Source: Nemertoderma westbladi (lineage: Eukaryota > Animalia > Xenacoelomorpha). From it: a DNA stretch of 51,233 nt. The notes under the pieces were generated by a model that saw only the letters and a list, made by a program, of their open reading frames with translations, made no database searches and was not told where the DNA came from. Where the stretch lies: NCBI GenBank assembly GCA_032718475.1, contig JAUCBJ010005954.1, positions 1 through 51,233 on the forward strand. Reading direction: 5' to 3'. The first letter of the stretch is position 1. Every line of letters begins with the position of its first letter. Made by a program: the position numbers and the translations under genes. This document shows positions 1-10,604 of the stretch, in pieces.

Positions 1-2427
1 CTCTGAGCTAATAACGCTTTTATCATATGGGATATACTCAACTGAAAATGAATACATATCTCCTACATCTGATGCCAATAAAGAGTCTGCTTCTGGTAAT
101 AGATTAGGTCCTTGAATAATGTATACTGTTGTGTCATTGCTATTTCCCATGGCAACAGTAAAGGCACCTAAGCGATGCCATATTGATACAAAGTTATTAA
201 CTGACCTGTTTGAACTAATATCACATTCTTTTAAGTTAATCTCAAGTTTCTTATATTTCGATGAGTTGCTAAAGTCTGTAAGTAAAGAACACTTGCCAAT
301 GTTTGAATGTTGAACCGGTTCATTTTGGAACCACGAGTTTGTAACTGCTGCTACCATAAAAATATCAGTTGGTAGAGATGTTATTTCTATATCTGGGATC
401 GAAACACTATACTTTTCTTTTAAAACCTCGAGTGGTTTCCCATTTTCAGTTACCCATTTAGCTGGGTGCAAAAGACTTGTGTAAGTACTGTGAATTGCAC
501 AGGTGTTAGCCAAGCCATGTTTAATACCTGAACCAGGAAGTTCCACACTCATGCCAATATCATAAGCAGAGACTTCCACTTGAGTATAGCAGCATCTAAT
601 GTATTCATCATCTATGTTTGCTATAACAAACCTAACCACTTGTTGATCATACATTGGGGCACTCATTCGAATCTCAAGATTTGGAATTTGAACTCCAATG
701 GTAGGCACATATCTGTATGACTTTATTTCAGAAGAGTTACTCTCCATACCAGGAATCCAATAGTTGTGCGTGCTTGCTGAAATCTTGAGAGACCAATCTG
801 TTATCATTGCATTTGTATGACGCATTGACATTGAATTCAAATTGAGAGTTTCGATATCTAACTGGGTAATTTCTAAACAAGCATATGGCGAATATATATG
901 GCTTTGACTTGCTGTGGAAACAGTTAGCAGACGATGGATTGCATCAGCATTAACATAGAATTTACATTGACCAAAAAATAGATGTCGTATTGAAGTTTCT
1001 TGCCATAACTCAACAGGCAAACTAGCATCAGCAACTACATATTTATAGTCAAAATATACTGTTGGGAACTTTCTGAGCGCCTCCACAGAGTTTATTTCAT
1101 GACGAAAGTTGGGCAATCTTGAAATTGTTGGAATATCGTTATTGCTATCAAACAATGAATTCTCTATACAGTTTTCAGCCAAGCCATACTCTCCCGAAGT
1201 CATGATAGAGGGCTCAAATATATTAGTAGCACCACAAAGACAGTTTCCTAATGGTTTCAACTCACACCTGGTTATACCAAAATTCATGGAAAAATGCTCA
1301 TCACCTTGTAAGTGAAATTCCAGCTGGATACCTTCAAACATAGATACTAGATAAACAAGGTAACTACTGGCCTTAACTTGTTGAAGTTGTGTAGATTGCT
1401 TGAAATTAAATGATAAATGTCTAGCATAGAAACCAATTTTCATAGTTGGTGGTCCTGTAAACTTAACCTCACTCTGACCTTCAGTCCATAAGGCTGGGAC
1501 ATACGACCATGCCCAACCAGCCCAACCTTGACTTTGGTCTTCTTGCGCTTTCGAATCTTGAATTAAATCTTCAAAAGCAGTATCGTCATCTGATATTGGA
1601 ATGTCCAAACCATAATATAAGGCCATGGTCAATTGGCAAAGTCTCAGAAACATTGGTATCTGGCTCTCAGAAAGTGAAACATCCAATGATTTACAATATG
1701 TACTCATCTCTAACCGTTTCAGATTGTGGTAGGAATCCAAATGAATTTCCAACCGTGAAGTATATGAACATTTGTATAGAACTGGCTCTTGATAAGCATC
1801 AATGACGCCACTTGAGTTTAGTTTATCTAGACATACTGTCATTCCCTGAAAGTCAATGCTTCTTCTTAAAAGAAAACTTTCACATTCGCTTATATTGCTC
1901 AACTGTTCCCAAGAATTGTTAACAGCATAACTTTCTACATGATTGATGTTTATAGACAATACAAACTCATCCTCAACATATTTTATAATAAAGTTTTCGA
2001 TTGAGAAGTGAATGTTATTGATAACACGATTAATGACAGATTGAATATAACCAGAGCTTTCTTCTCGAGTTACTGGTATTACATCAGTGCCACTTTGCGG
2101 TGGTTTTTGATGACTATTGCCATTGTATTTGTTCTTTTTAATTTTGTCTAGTAGCTTAACAGTAAACTCAATGGTATTAATTTTAACTATAACCGGGTCT
2201 CTTCCAATACTTGTCCATGGAATAGTTAGTTGAAGCTCGTGTATATGTCCACTAAGGAATTTAAATGGCAATTTGATTTCCTGTTCCAACACATCAAGCC
2301 GCAAATCAAGTCTTGCTAGAGAAACCTCTCCAGACCATAGAGATACGCTGAGATCAGATGCCGTTAAATTTTTTATGTATCGTTGTACATAACTTAACAA
2401 TATTGGAGTAAAATAGCTTTCCAACAT
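1..2427 (-). CDS. VPS13B: VPS13B (Cohen syndrome protein orthologue), N-terminal 809 codons including the Chorein_N domain; single exon, continues beyond the left edge
   Basis: Hand translation from the ATG at 2427 gives MLESYFTPILLSYVQRYIKNLTASDLSVSLWSGEVSLARLDLRLDVLEQEIKLPFKFLSGHIHELQLTIPWTSIGRDPV...GYIQSVINRVINNI...KYVEDEFVLSIN...TVCLDKLNSSGVIDAYQEPVLYKCS, closely matching the vertebrate VPS13B N-terminus as I recall it. The frame is still open at bases 1-60, and the ORF is missing from the track, consistent with no stop inside the window. Confidence 0.95.
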   Translation of the reverse strand, partial: MLESYFTPILLSYVQRYIKNLTASDLSVSLWSGEVSLARLDLRLDVLEQEIKLPFKFLSGHIHELQLTIPWTSIGRDPVIVKINTIEFTVKLLDKIKKNKYNGNSHQKPPQSGTDVIPVTREESSGYIQSVINRVINNIHFSIENFIIKYVEDEFVLSININHVESYAVNNSWEQLSNISECESFLLRRSIDFQGMTVCLDKLNSSGVIDAYQEPVLYKCSYTSRLEIHLDSYHNLKRLEMSTYCKSLDVSLSESQIPMFLRLCQLTMALYYGLDIPISDDDTAFEDLIQDSKAQEDQSQGWAGWAWSYVPALWTEGQSEVKFTGPPTMKIGFYARHLSFNFKQSTQLQQVKASSYLVYLVSMFEGIQLEFHLQGDEHFSMNFGITRCELKPLGNCLCGATNIFEPSIMTSGEYGLAENCIENSLFDSNNDIPTISRLPNFRHEINSVEALRKFPTVYFDYKYVVADASLPVELWQETSIRHLFFGQCKFYVNADAIHRLLTVSTASQSHIYSPYACLEITQLDIETLNLNSMSMRHTNAMITDWSLKISASTHNYWIPGMESNSSEIKSYRYVPTIGVQIPNLEIRMSAPMYDQQVVRFVIANIDDEYIRCCYTQVEVSAYDIGMSVELPGSGIKHGLANTCAIHSTYTSLLHPAKWVTENGKPLEVLKEKYSVSIPDIEITSLPTDIFMVAAVTNSWFQNEPVQHSNIGKCSLLTDFSNSSKYKKLEINLKECDISSNRSVNNFVSIWHRLGAFTVAMGNSNDTTVYIIQGPNLLPEADSLLASDVGDMYSFSVEYIPYDKSVISSE

Positions 2428-2460
2428 TGCTGATAACACCACGCAGGTGGGCCTGCTATA
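2428..2460 (-). other. Putative splice acceptor and short 5'UTR part of the VPS13B coding exon
   Basis: Minus strand reads tatagcAG|gcccacc...gcaATG (AG at 2454-2453), preceded by AT-rich intron-like DNA; implies an upstream non-coding exon. Confidence 0.45.
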
Positions 2461-2879
2461 ATGATAAGTTATCACAGAATCATCATAAATATGTATTCCA
2501 TATTGTGTAGAAATAAAAATAAATATAATATACAATTATATAATTTATCCAATAACTATAGGCCTAATTTGTTGATAAGATAAGAATAGTAGGCCTATCA
2601 TACGACCTAACGCTAACATCCTAATGTTTCATGCAGTCATGCTCTGCTCATGATGATAAAGTAACAGTAAATGTATACCGGTACGATACTGCGATATGAA
2701 AGTTATTGTGAGCAACGAAACTATACGAAATAGGCCTATTAGAGATATGATACGAAAAATGATAATTAAGTTGCCGGTACCGGTACTAAAAATAAAAGTT
2801 AACGATTTACTACAGGTAATTGCATAATTAAAACCCAGGCCTTAACCATAATTAAAACTGCCATGTAACTCTAACTGTC

Positions 2880-3720
2880 TAACGCTACGCTAACCCTAAC
2901 AGCAGAACACTGGCAGACTGGAACAGCTGAACAGTGGAACAGCCTGTAAGTCACAATCTCAGAAATTTAGTGGAATGAGTGAATTGAATGAACTGAATGC
3001 CCGCCATTATTCAGTTATTGCCGTAGGCCAGTGGGCTCAGGCTGCTGGCTGGCTGGTTGCAGATCCAAAGCCAAACAGCCAAAAGACAGAAGGAGAGGGG
3101 CCGTTAATGCTGTAATGACTTCCGGCTGTCAGGACTTCCCCTTCCCCATGCCCATGCAGCCATCTGGCAGTCTGGCTATCTGGGAAATTTGAATCCAAAT
3201 TTAAGTTTTTTTTATTCTTCCAGTCGGTGTCCAAAGACTGGAACGAACTGAACTGCCGAACGACAACATTTGACATTCTCCTCAGCATTCTTCAGTTCTT
3301 ATTCATTAGGCCTATTAATTATGGATCGAACATCAATGCAGCTGCAGCAATGCCAGATGTCAGAATGCAATCTGGCAATGCAACCTAACCCAGCACTGCC
3401 TGACTGCAGCACTGCAGTAACCTAAACATCTGCTACAGAATGGAACGGTAGGCCAGTCAGCCAGTAGGCTATATCAATAGGCTTATTCTTATTCAGCTCC
3501 TGATGAACTGATGAAAGCCAAAATACCTATACAGCTATAGGTTAAGAAGGTTACGTAGGCCTACCGGTACCAGGCACCAGGTACAGAGGTACGCGTTGCC
3601 ATCTGCAGCTCTGGCCGTTGCAGCGTTACAGTACAGCAGTACGGTACCGGTCAGCCGGTGCAGCGTTCAGATAACAGACGGTATCGGTACCGTCAGTGCA
3701 GTACCGGTTTCCAAACAGAG
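2880..3720 (-). promoter_or_regulatory. Probable VPS13B promoter / first non-coding exon region
   Basis: Locally GC/CpG-richer than its flanks; YY1-type AATGGCGG on the minus strand at 3002-3009; many TAGGCC, GGTACC and ACCGGT motifs; lies just 5' of the VPS13B ATG. Confidence 0.4.
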
Positions 3721-4152
3721 GTTCCGCTTCTAGATATTTTTTTTTACTTTAAAATATAGCAATATTTTATTATTTATTGACGCCATTTACATTGGACGCG
3801 AGTACATCAGATCTAAAAAACAACAATAAAAAAACAATACCAATAAAATAGGCTAGGCCGCCAATTACAATGTCTTAACTATTTACATAACCTAAAAAAC
3901 TGTTTTCCCATTGAAAATATGAGTTATTTAGATACTGTATACTGTAGCTTCCAATAAAAATTCAAGACATTGCTCGTTAAATGATTAAATTCAAAAATTC
4001 TCGCCATAATGTGATAGGAGACCGTGATCACTAGAGCGGAATGGGCGAGGATGATATGCTGTAATGGATGCAACAGAGATCAGTACTGTAAGATTGGACG
4101 GACCGATATTATTGAGGTTTATTTATACTGTATGTCAAAAGTTCATAATGTA

Positions 4153-4390
4153 GCAGCTTGGTGTAGTGGTGATATTCCTGCCTTTCCAATCACGAATCCA
4201 TGGTTCGATCCCTAGATGGGGCAGCACTATTTAATCGCTGCAGCTAGCCCAACCCTGGCTTTCACCCGTTGCTGGTCGATAAAATTGGAACCGAGGCAAC
4301 TTTGGAAACATAATGGAAGTGTTTACTGTGGAAGATCACCCATGGTGGTGTGCAGGGCATTCCTTGGCTTAACGAGCCTAAAAGATTATC
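4153..4390 (+). mobile_element. tRNA-derived SINE (degenerate)
   Basis: Pol III A box TGGTGTAGTGG (4159-4169) and B box GGTTCGATCCC (4202-4212), followed by a non-tRNA body containing GCTTTCACCCGTTGCTGGTCGATAAAATTGGAACC. Confidence 0.7.
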
Positions 4391-5364
4391 CTATTCAAAA
4401 GTGAAATTTTATCGTCAAAACGGCGCAAAATAGGCAGCCAATGGAGATCACTCACCCTGGTGAAGTGACCTCAGTTTTTAAAGCAACTTTTAAATTGATA
4501 AATGTTCCTTTATTTACCTACTATTACAAAGGGGGTAATTTGTGTCACAATATGATACACACCAAATGTGAAAGTAAATTGTACGTATGAGTGCTGTACA
4601 TACAGTACAATTAGTTTGATAAATAACAATATATTTTACAAAAAGAATTACTAAGGTTAGCTTAAAAATATTTAATTAGTCATCTTAATAATTACCAAGG
4701 CCGTATTATTATTGAGCGACGACCCCGCAAATCAATTGATTAAATAAAATTATAAATAAGCAAAATGTTGTTGAACTGAAACTAAATTGTACTTCTTATT
4801 TATTAATGCGACTAATAGAAGCGTGATGCCCGCATGCCTGGTTGGCTTGGTTCCGGGCAGTTTATAACAAAGGACAACGAATGTTATCAGTCTGAGGTAA
4901 GATAATTTGGAGTATTTATTCACTGTATGCAATACTATATTATTCCCCTTAACCCAATGCATGCATTAACCTTCATACCGTCAGCTTCAGTGTAGTTTAA
5001 TCCCATGTGCACTAAATTTTAATTAAAAATGAGGTGTATTGTTTTGGTTATTACCCAACCTTTGTAATCATTGTACCGAATTGAATCATGTTTATGTATA
5101 CCATCACTACTGCCATAGCCATTTACTGTAGTCATGTTCATAGTCATAGTCATGTTAGTGCAATACTGGTAGGCGTACTTCACACACTGTTCTGTAGTTT
5201 TGATCTGTTCTGTTTAATTTGTTCATTATTTTTTGTCATATATCTACTACTGTACGTTTAGTGTCAATATCAGTTTTACTGTGTAACAGTTTGTACAGAA
5301 TGCAGTATATCACCATTATGGAGCTATTGTTTAATACTGGGGCTGTACGGGGTTGCTTATTGCT

Positions 5365-5428
5365 TGTAGAATAGCTATCATGACGCGGCGTTTGTAAGAG
5401 GTCCCCGGTTCGAATCCAGGTTTCAGCG
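5365..5428 (+). pseudogene. Degenerate tRNA-Phe-like sequence (tRNA pseudogene or SINE head)
   Basis: GAGGTCCCCGGTTCGAATCCAGGTTTCAGC resembles the 3' half of eukaryotic tRNA-Phe; the 5' half keeps only AATAGCT and GCGTT, and there is no intact anticodon arm. Confidence 0.55.
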
Positions 5429-6100
5429 TTAACTTTTCAGATTCTCATATAATCAGCACTCAACGTCGATTATAAGTGGTATTGTTAAGTGACAATGTAT
5501 ACATTTTTCTTAAGAAATAATATTTAGGATGACTGACTACCAGTGCTCGGTGTTTGCTGTACAACATCAGCAAAGTATACTGTATGTACAGTACAGTAGA
5601 AGTGATGAACTCAGAACACGGATGAATATTGTATCCGTATCTTTATTCCTTAGCAACAAGTTGAAATGGTTTTAGATAAACTAGGGCGCAACTATTTAGA
5701 ATTTAGAAAGACATCGGGTTCTTCTGTCCAGGTAACAAGCATTGCATGATACACTTTTTAACCACTAGGTGGTGTAATGATCTTATCTTTCAATCTTCGA
5801 ATTTGCTTTTTTCTTACTTTTGTTTATTTATTAAAGGCCATATTTTTTTTGCCTACATGGCGGCATACCTGATTAACAGATTGGCAAAGCTATTGGTTTC
5901 TTATATTTTCTTCGAATTCTGTTAAAACACCCATATTAGTTCGCTTATAGCTTCTGTACCTGTTATACCTGTAACTGCACCAAACACGGTCGCACGAACA
6001 CAATTAGTGCAAAAACGTTTTCATTCTCAGAAAGTCTGTGTGATATTTGTTTTTTGAGCGACTCTCTAAGCCACACTGTTTTATAAAATTGGTTCACTAG

Positions 6101-6376
6101 ACGCAATCCACGGATAACTATTACATGAACGACTGTAACTGGCCCCCGGGTCGTATGCCGTCGTTGCCAAGGAGACTTTCTAGAACAGATGACTCATTGT
6201 CACAGTCCCGACGTTGTTCTCGGAACACGGAAGAGTCCTGGCCCCCAAGCGAACCCGGCTCTCGTAAATGCAGTTCGCCGACGCTTAGTGGTTCAGTTTC
6301 CGGATACAGATGCTTGCGTTCCCTGTCTAGGAGCACTGCCACTAGTTGCCACACAGAGGAAAGCGTCCTCTCCGAG
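6101..6376 (+). CDS. EGFR/ErbB-like gene, tail exon A (Ser/Arg-rich; phase 0-0)
   Basis: cactAG| acceptor, open 92-codon frame TQSTDNYYMND...TEESVLSE, |GTTAGG donor; phase matches the next exon. Confidence 0.65.
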
Positions 6377-7450
6377 GTTAGGTGTCGAGCTGCCATTTTC
6401 CTCTCTGCATATTAACTACACAATCTTTTTTGATCTACACAGTCGCTCTCACCTACTTTAAATGTTAATCGAACGCACAGATTCTTACAACAAGAGTAAT
6501 TGTAGATTTCAGAACTTCTTGCCGTTGGCGCATTCGCTAACGTTTATTTTCATGACATCATTGTTTACGTGGGTTGTCCACAGCAACCGTTTAATGTTGT
6601 TTTCATTATTGTTGAAGTATTATTGTTTATTTCCCTTTATTTGTCCCTCATCTATTTCAGTTTTCAGTAAACTTAATAAATTTATCGATTGATGATTGTA
6701 TTATGTTATGTTATTATTAATTATTATTTCTTGTAATTGAATGTTTGATATTTTATCATAGGCCAATTATTGTTATCATGACTTCCGTTATTATGTTTTT
6801 TTACAATTTAAGTTTTTGATGTATGAACTTAATTACCAGCCCCTATTTTATTCAAAGTTCAACGCAATTTTAATCTTGATGATACAGAAGGCCTGACATT
6901 GTTTAAATTGATAGTAGGAAGCGAGCCTTTAGTCTGGCAGGATAGCAACTTATTTCGTTTTTATATAAAATTTTCGATCGATTTCATACCCGTTAGCGTG
7001 TTTGCATTTATTGTAGCCCTACAGGTGCATAGGCTGTGCGTTACTGAGTGTGTAATGTTTTCTACACACCACATGCAACATGCCGTCAAATACATGCTGT
7101 ACTTACAGTAACGTACAATAGTAAGTTTAATTAGTTTAATTAATTTAGTGTTTTCGTGAATACTGTATAGTGAATATCCTTATTGTTTACTTAAAGTATA
7201 AATTCGAGGTTATCTAACATATTATATATAATAATTTGAAGAGGGAAGGACTCTACTGTATTTATAGTCAGAAAGACAGCATACACAACAATGACACAAT
7301 ATGATCTCCCTGGACCAATATACCCAATATGGGAGCACTTGAAGAAAGAAAAATAGACCTACTATTGGTTTTTTTTCGCAGGTTCTTTAAAGGGACTAAA
7401 ACGGTTCAATAAAGAACCATATTATTCATAATGGATTATATTCACATTGT

Positions 7451-7743
7451 TGCTGTGCCGTTTGTTTACGGGTGCTGTGCCGTTTGTTTACGGGTGATGT
7501 GCCGTTTGTTTACGGGTGTTGTGCCGTTTGTTTACGGGTGATGTGCCGTTTGTTTACGGGTGCTGTGCCGTTTGTTTACGGGTGATGTGCCTTTTGTTTA
7601 CGGGTGCTGTGCCGTTTGTTTACGGGTGATGTGCCGTTTGTTTACGGGTGCTGTGCCGTTTGTTTACGGGTGATGTGCCGTTTGTTTACGGGTGATGTGC
7701 CTTTTGTTTACGGGTGCTGTGCCGTTTGTTTACGGGTGCTGTG
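7451..7743. repeat. 22-bp minisatellite, 13 full copies (TGHTGTGCCKTTTGTTTACGGG)
   Basis: Directly visible tandem array with period 22. Confidence 0.97.
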
Positions 7744-8276
7744 ACCTTAAACCCTTTAATTATTAACTTTTCCCTTTGCGTTTCCTTCCCATAATGTCAT
7801 ACTCACATTTATTGGGTTATGCGATCTGTTATGAACACGATTATTTATTTAATATTTATTTTATTTGATATTTATCACGATTTGAATCATTGAACTTAGT
7901 TTCGTATATTTAGAATAACCTTACCGCGTAATCTTTAGTACATGCGGCTAATGGCACATTACATATTTCGTAAGTTTGGCGCCTTATAAATATACTGTTA
8001 TTATTATTATTAATATTTTTAATATTGATTTAGGTTTTCTCCACGGTGATTCAGATGTCATGGTTTGGACATAAATTACTGTAGGTCAAAGGATTATTAT
8101 TTGACTGAATTTTTATGAAGTACGCGTAACACCCAAACACCCCAGGTTTAATTTTCAATTGAACAGATTAAAAGTCAACTCAAAAAAACTACGGAGATTG
8201 TTTGAATTAACACAGATTGTTATGTGCGACCTGTCTGTACGAAAGGTTAATGACGGATTATGGATTATTGTTCTAG

Positions 8277-8438
8277 AATGATGGACATCTGTCTCCTCTT
8301 AGTTCGGCTCTCGAGAAGGAATTCTTCCCGACTACAACCATCCCCGAAGAGAACCCAGACAGCCTGGTTGACTCAGAAGCATATCTCAAACCCCAATTGT
8401 GGGGCCAATATTCCAGCATGGATATCAGCATGGAGTCC
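8277..8438 (+). CDS. EGFR/ErbB-like gene, tail exon B (phase 0-0)
   Basis: ttctAG| ... |GTAAGT. Encodes NDGHLSPLSSALEKEFFPTTTIPEENPDSLVDSEAYLKPQLWGQ...; LVDSEAYLKPQ resembles ErbB2 LVDAEEYLVPQ and EGFR VVDADEYLIPQ. Confidence 0.8.
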
Positions 8439-8574
8439 GTAAGTCTATATAATCAATATTTAGATTTCTTTATTATTATTGTCCATAGGCCCCTACCAAC
8501 ATAAGGCCTGTATATATTTTGCGTTGCTGTTCTTTGAATTTGGCTATTCTAATGTGATTATCTTTTCTATTTAG

Positions 8575-8674
8575 ACCACATCTGATACACAAGGAGGCCA
8601 GATTCCACCGGCTTTACCGCCTAAAGACTCGGATACCAAAGCCATCGTTCTTAGCCCTCCCCCTGTCAGAAGAG
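8575..8674 (+). CDS. EGFR/ErbB-like gene, tail exon C (phase 0-1; PPALPPK SH3-ligand motif)
   Basis: ttttctatttAG| ... G|GTAACT; encodes TTSDTQGGQIPPALPPKDSDTKAIVLSPPPVRR. Confidence 0.75.
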
Positions 8675-8711
8675 GTAACTTTTATATTACTACCCACCCT
8701 ATTTACATAGT

Positions 8712-9544
8712 CAGGGACGGATTATGGATTTTCGGGCCCCCGGCAGTCGCAACTTACGGGCCCCTACCCCCCCCCCCCCCCCCCCCCCGACGAAAACCAA
8801 TTGCAAAAAATTTTGGTCCCCGTTGGTACAAATAAGTAACGCTGGTGATATTTTTTTCAAATAAAACAATATATTCGATATAAAAACGTAACAGTTGAAT
8901 AAAAAAAAACAAAAAAAAAAACATAGTTGAATTTCGCTAAATTAAATATCAGTTAAAAAAGCGGTGATTTCCGCTTACTTTTTTTTTATCGAATAATCCT
9001 TAATAGGAATAGTCCTTTATTATTTAAATAATACTAATTTTTTCCTAAAATTACACCTTCCAAAAGACATCAATTCTATATTTAGGAACGAATAATATTC
9101 TGGTATATCAAAAAATAAATTAGACACAAAATTACTTAAAAATAGCAATTTCCTAACCTACTGAACTCGTGAATGATTTCAGATAATATTAATTGAAAGA
9201 TAAATTAAATGTTAATTGTAATACAGTAATAGTTTACCATTATTAAATTTTTTTTTTTTTGGTTAATTTTGTTTTTTTGCTAACGTATTCCTTTAAGCAT
9301 TACATTACACTTAAAATATTTTTTTAAAACACTTTAAACATTCTATGGGACACAGTGCTCTGAATGGTGAGGCTATATGTGAGATATACTCTAAATATTT
9401 ATTGAACAGCCAGAAATAAATAAATAAATGAGGTTGTTTTATCAGTGAGATAATGTTCGGTAAATTTCTCTCAACTTGCGGGCCCCTACCAACTTACGGG
9501 CCCCCGGCAGCTGCCCCTGTTGCCCCCCCCTTAATCCGTCCCTG
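8712..9544. mobile_element. Non-autonomous hAT-type DNA transposon (MITE)
   Basis: 13-bp TIRs CAGGGACGGATTA / TAATCCGTCCCTG; perfect 8-bp TSD TACATAGT (8704-8711, 9545-9552); subterminal GGGCCCC repeats; no ORF. Confidence 0.92.
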
Positions 9545-9576
9545 TACATAGTTTGTATACAAAACAACGCGGGTAA

Positions 9577-10516
9577 TTAGAAGACCGTTAGGTTATATAA
9601 ATAAAAGTATTCTCTATATTTATTTATATGTATATCGGGTGAACTCCTCCGAAACTATAGCTCGCCCTTCAATGAAAGTTATATCAATCGACGCAGCTCA
9701 ACCCCAGGATGTGGAAAAAAGGTTTCGAAAAAGATATTAAAGTAGTTTTTTTTATCGAAAAATAGCCCCATTACACGAAACTTGCCATAGACTCAATGAT
9801 CGAAACACCAGCTGCTGGTTCTCATGAGGGCTTAGTAAGGTACTACTATTGATTGAATGGATAGGCCCAAACGGCAGAGAAGTATGTACATTATTACTTG
9901 CCAAGTTTATTACTACCTCACTCTAACCCAGACAGTGAGAAAAAAACAACTGTTAGTTTGTTACGTATTACCCAGCCAGCTGAATAGCTCTTCCCAGTGA
10001 ATCCTATGGGAATATCTATAAGGTTACTCGCTGCTATGTTAGGTGGGAGGCCAGCTGATTGAATTTTACTCACTGGGCCGTTCAAGTGTTTTACAGGTTA
10101 ATGACATTTAGGGGCTGGGATTTCTCTCTCTCAGACTGTAAGCAGAGCTGTTCAATGGGGAGGGACCCAATTACACTACATAGGGATGATCTGTTGTAGG
10201 TTAACTAGCGATACTGTTGAAAAGGAAATCAGGTGAATGATTTTTTGTTAAAATTTATCGTTGGCTTAAGGAATGAAAATATAATTATATTATAGTTCAG
10301 AGGTCCTAGTTATGCTATTCAATATAGACGGCCCTGAAGCTTAGAAGTATTTTGTTTGCCAAATTTACTAAAGATGTACACTTTAGCTTTCAGAATGCCA
10401 TTTTCATCTGAGCACTATAATCCACGTTAGCTTACCAATGGGCAATACTGTCCTTTATCAAGCTGTTTGTCTATCCCGGACGGTCTTATTACAGCCAGCT
10501 TGATGGCTTTCTAATT
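9577..10516 (+). mobile_element. Helentron/DINE-1-like non-autonomous element (putative)
   Basis: Subterminal inverted repeat AAGACCGT (9581-9588) / ACGGTCTT (10480-10487), then a short 3' hairpin AGCCA-gcttga-TGGCT and a TT-containing end; no TSD seen. Confidence 0.5.
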
Positions 10517-10604
10517 CAAAGTCAATTTATTATATTTAGTTTGGGGGAAAAGGTTCATGGTAAAATGTTCCACTTATATGGTAATTTGTATATAATACAT
10601 TTAT

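Noticed and set aside
119-1805. Plus-strand ORFs of 64-98 aa
   Set aside because: Antisense shadows of the VPS13B coding exon.
5339-5428. Functional tRNA gene
   Set aside because: Only the T-arm/B box is intact; the D and anticodon arms cannot be folded.
5761-5775. Single CTCF-like site CCACTAGGTGGTG
   Set aside because: Good match but isolated; one hit in 51 kb is weak evidence.
7451-7743. CRISPR-like appearance of this array and of the 28-bp array at 48075-48908
   Set aside because: Units are contiguous with no unique spacers, there are no cas genes, and the context is eukaryotic.
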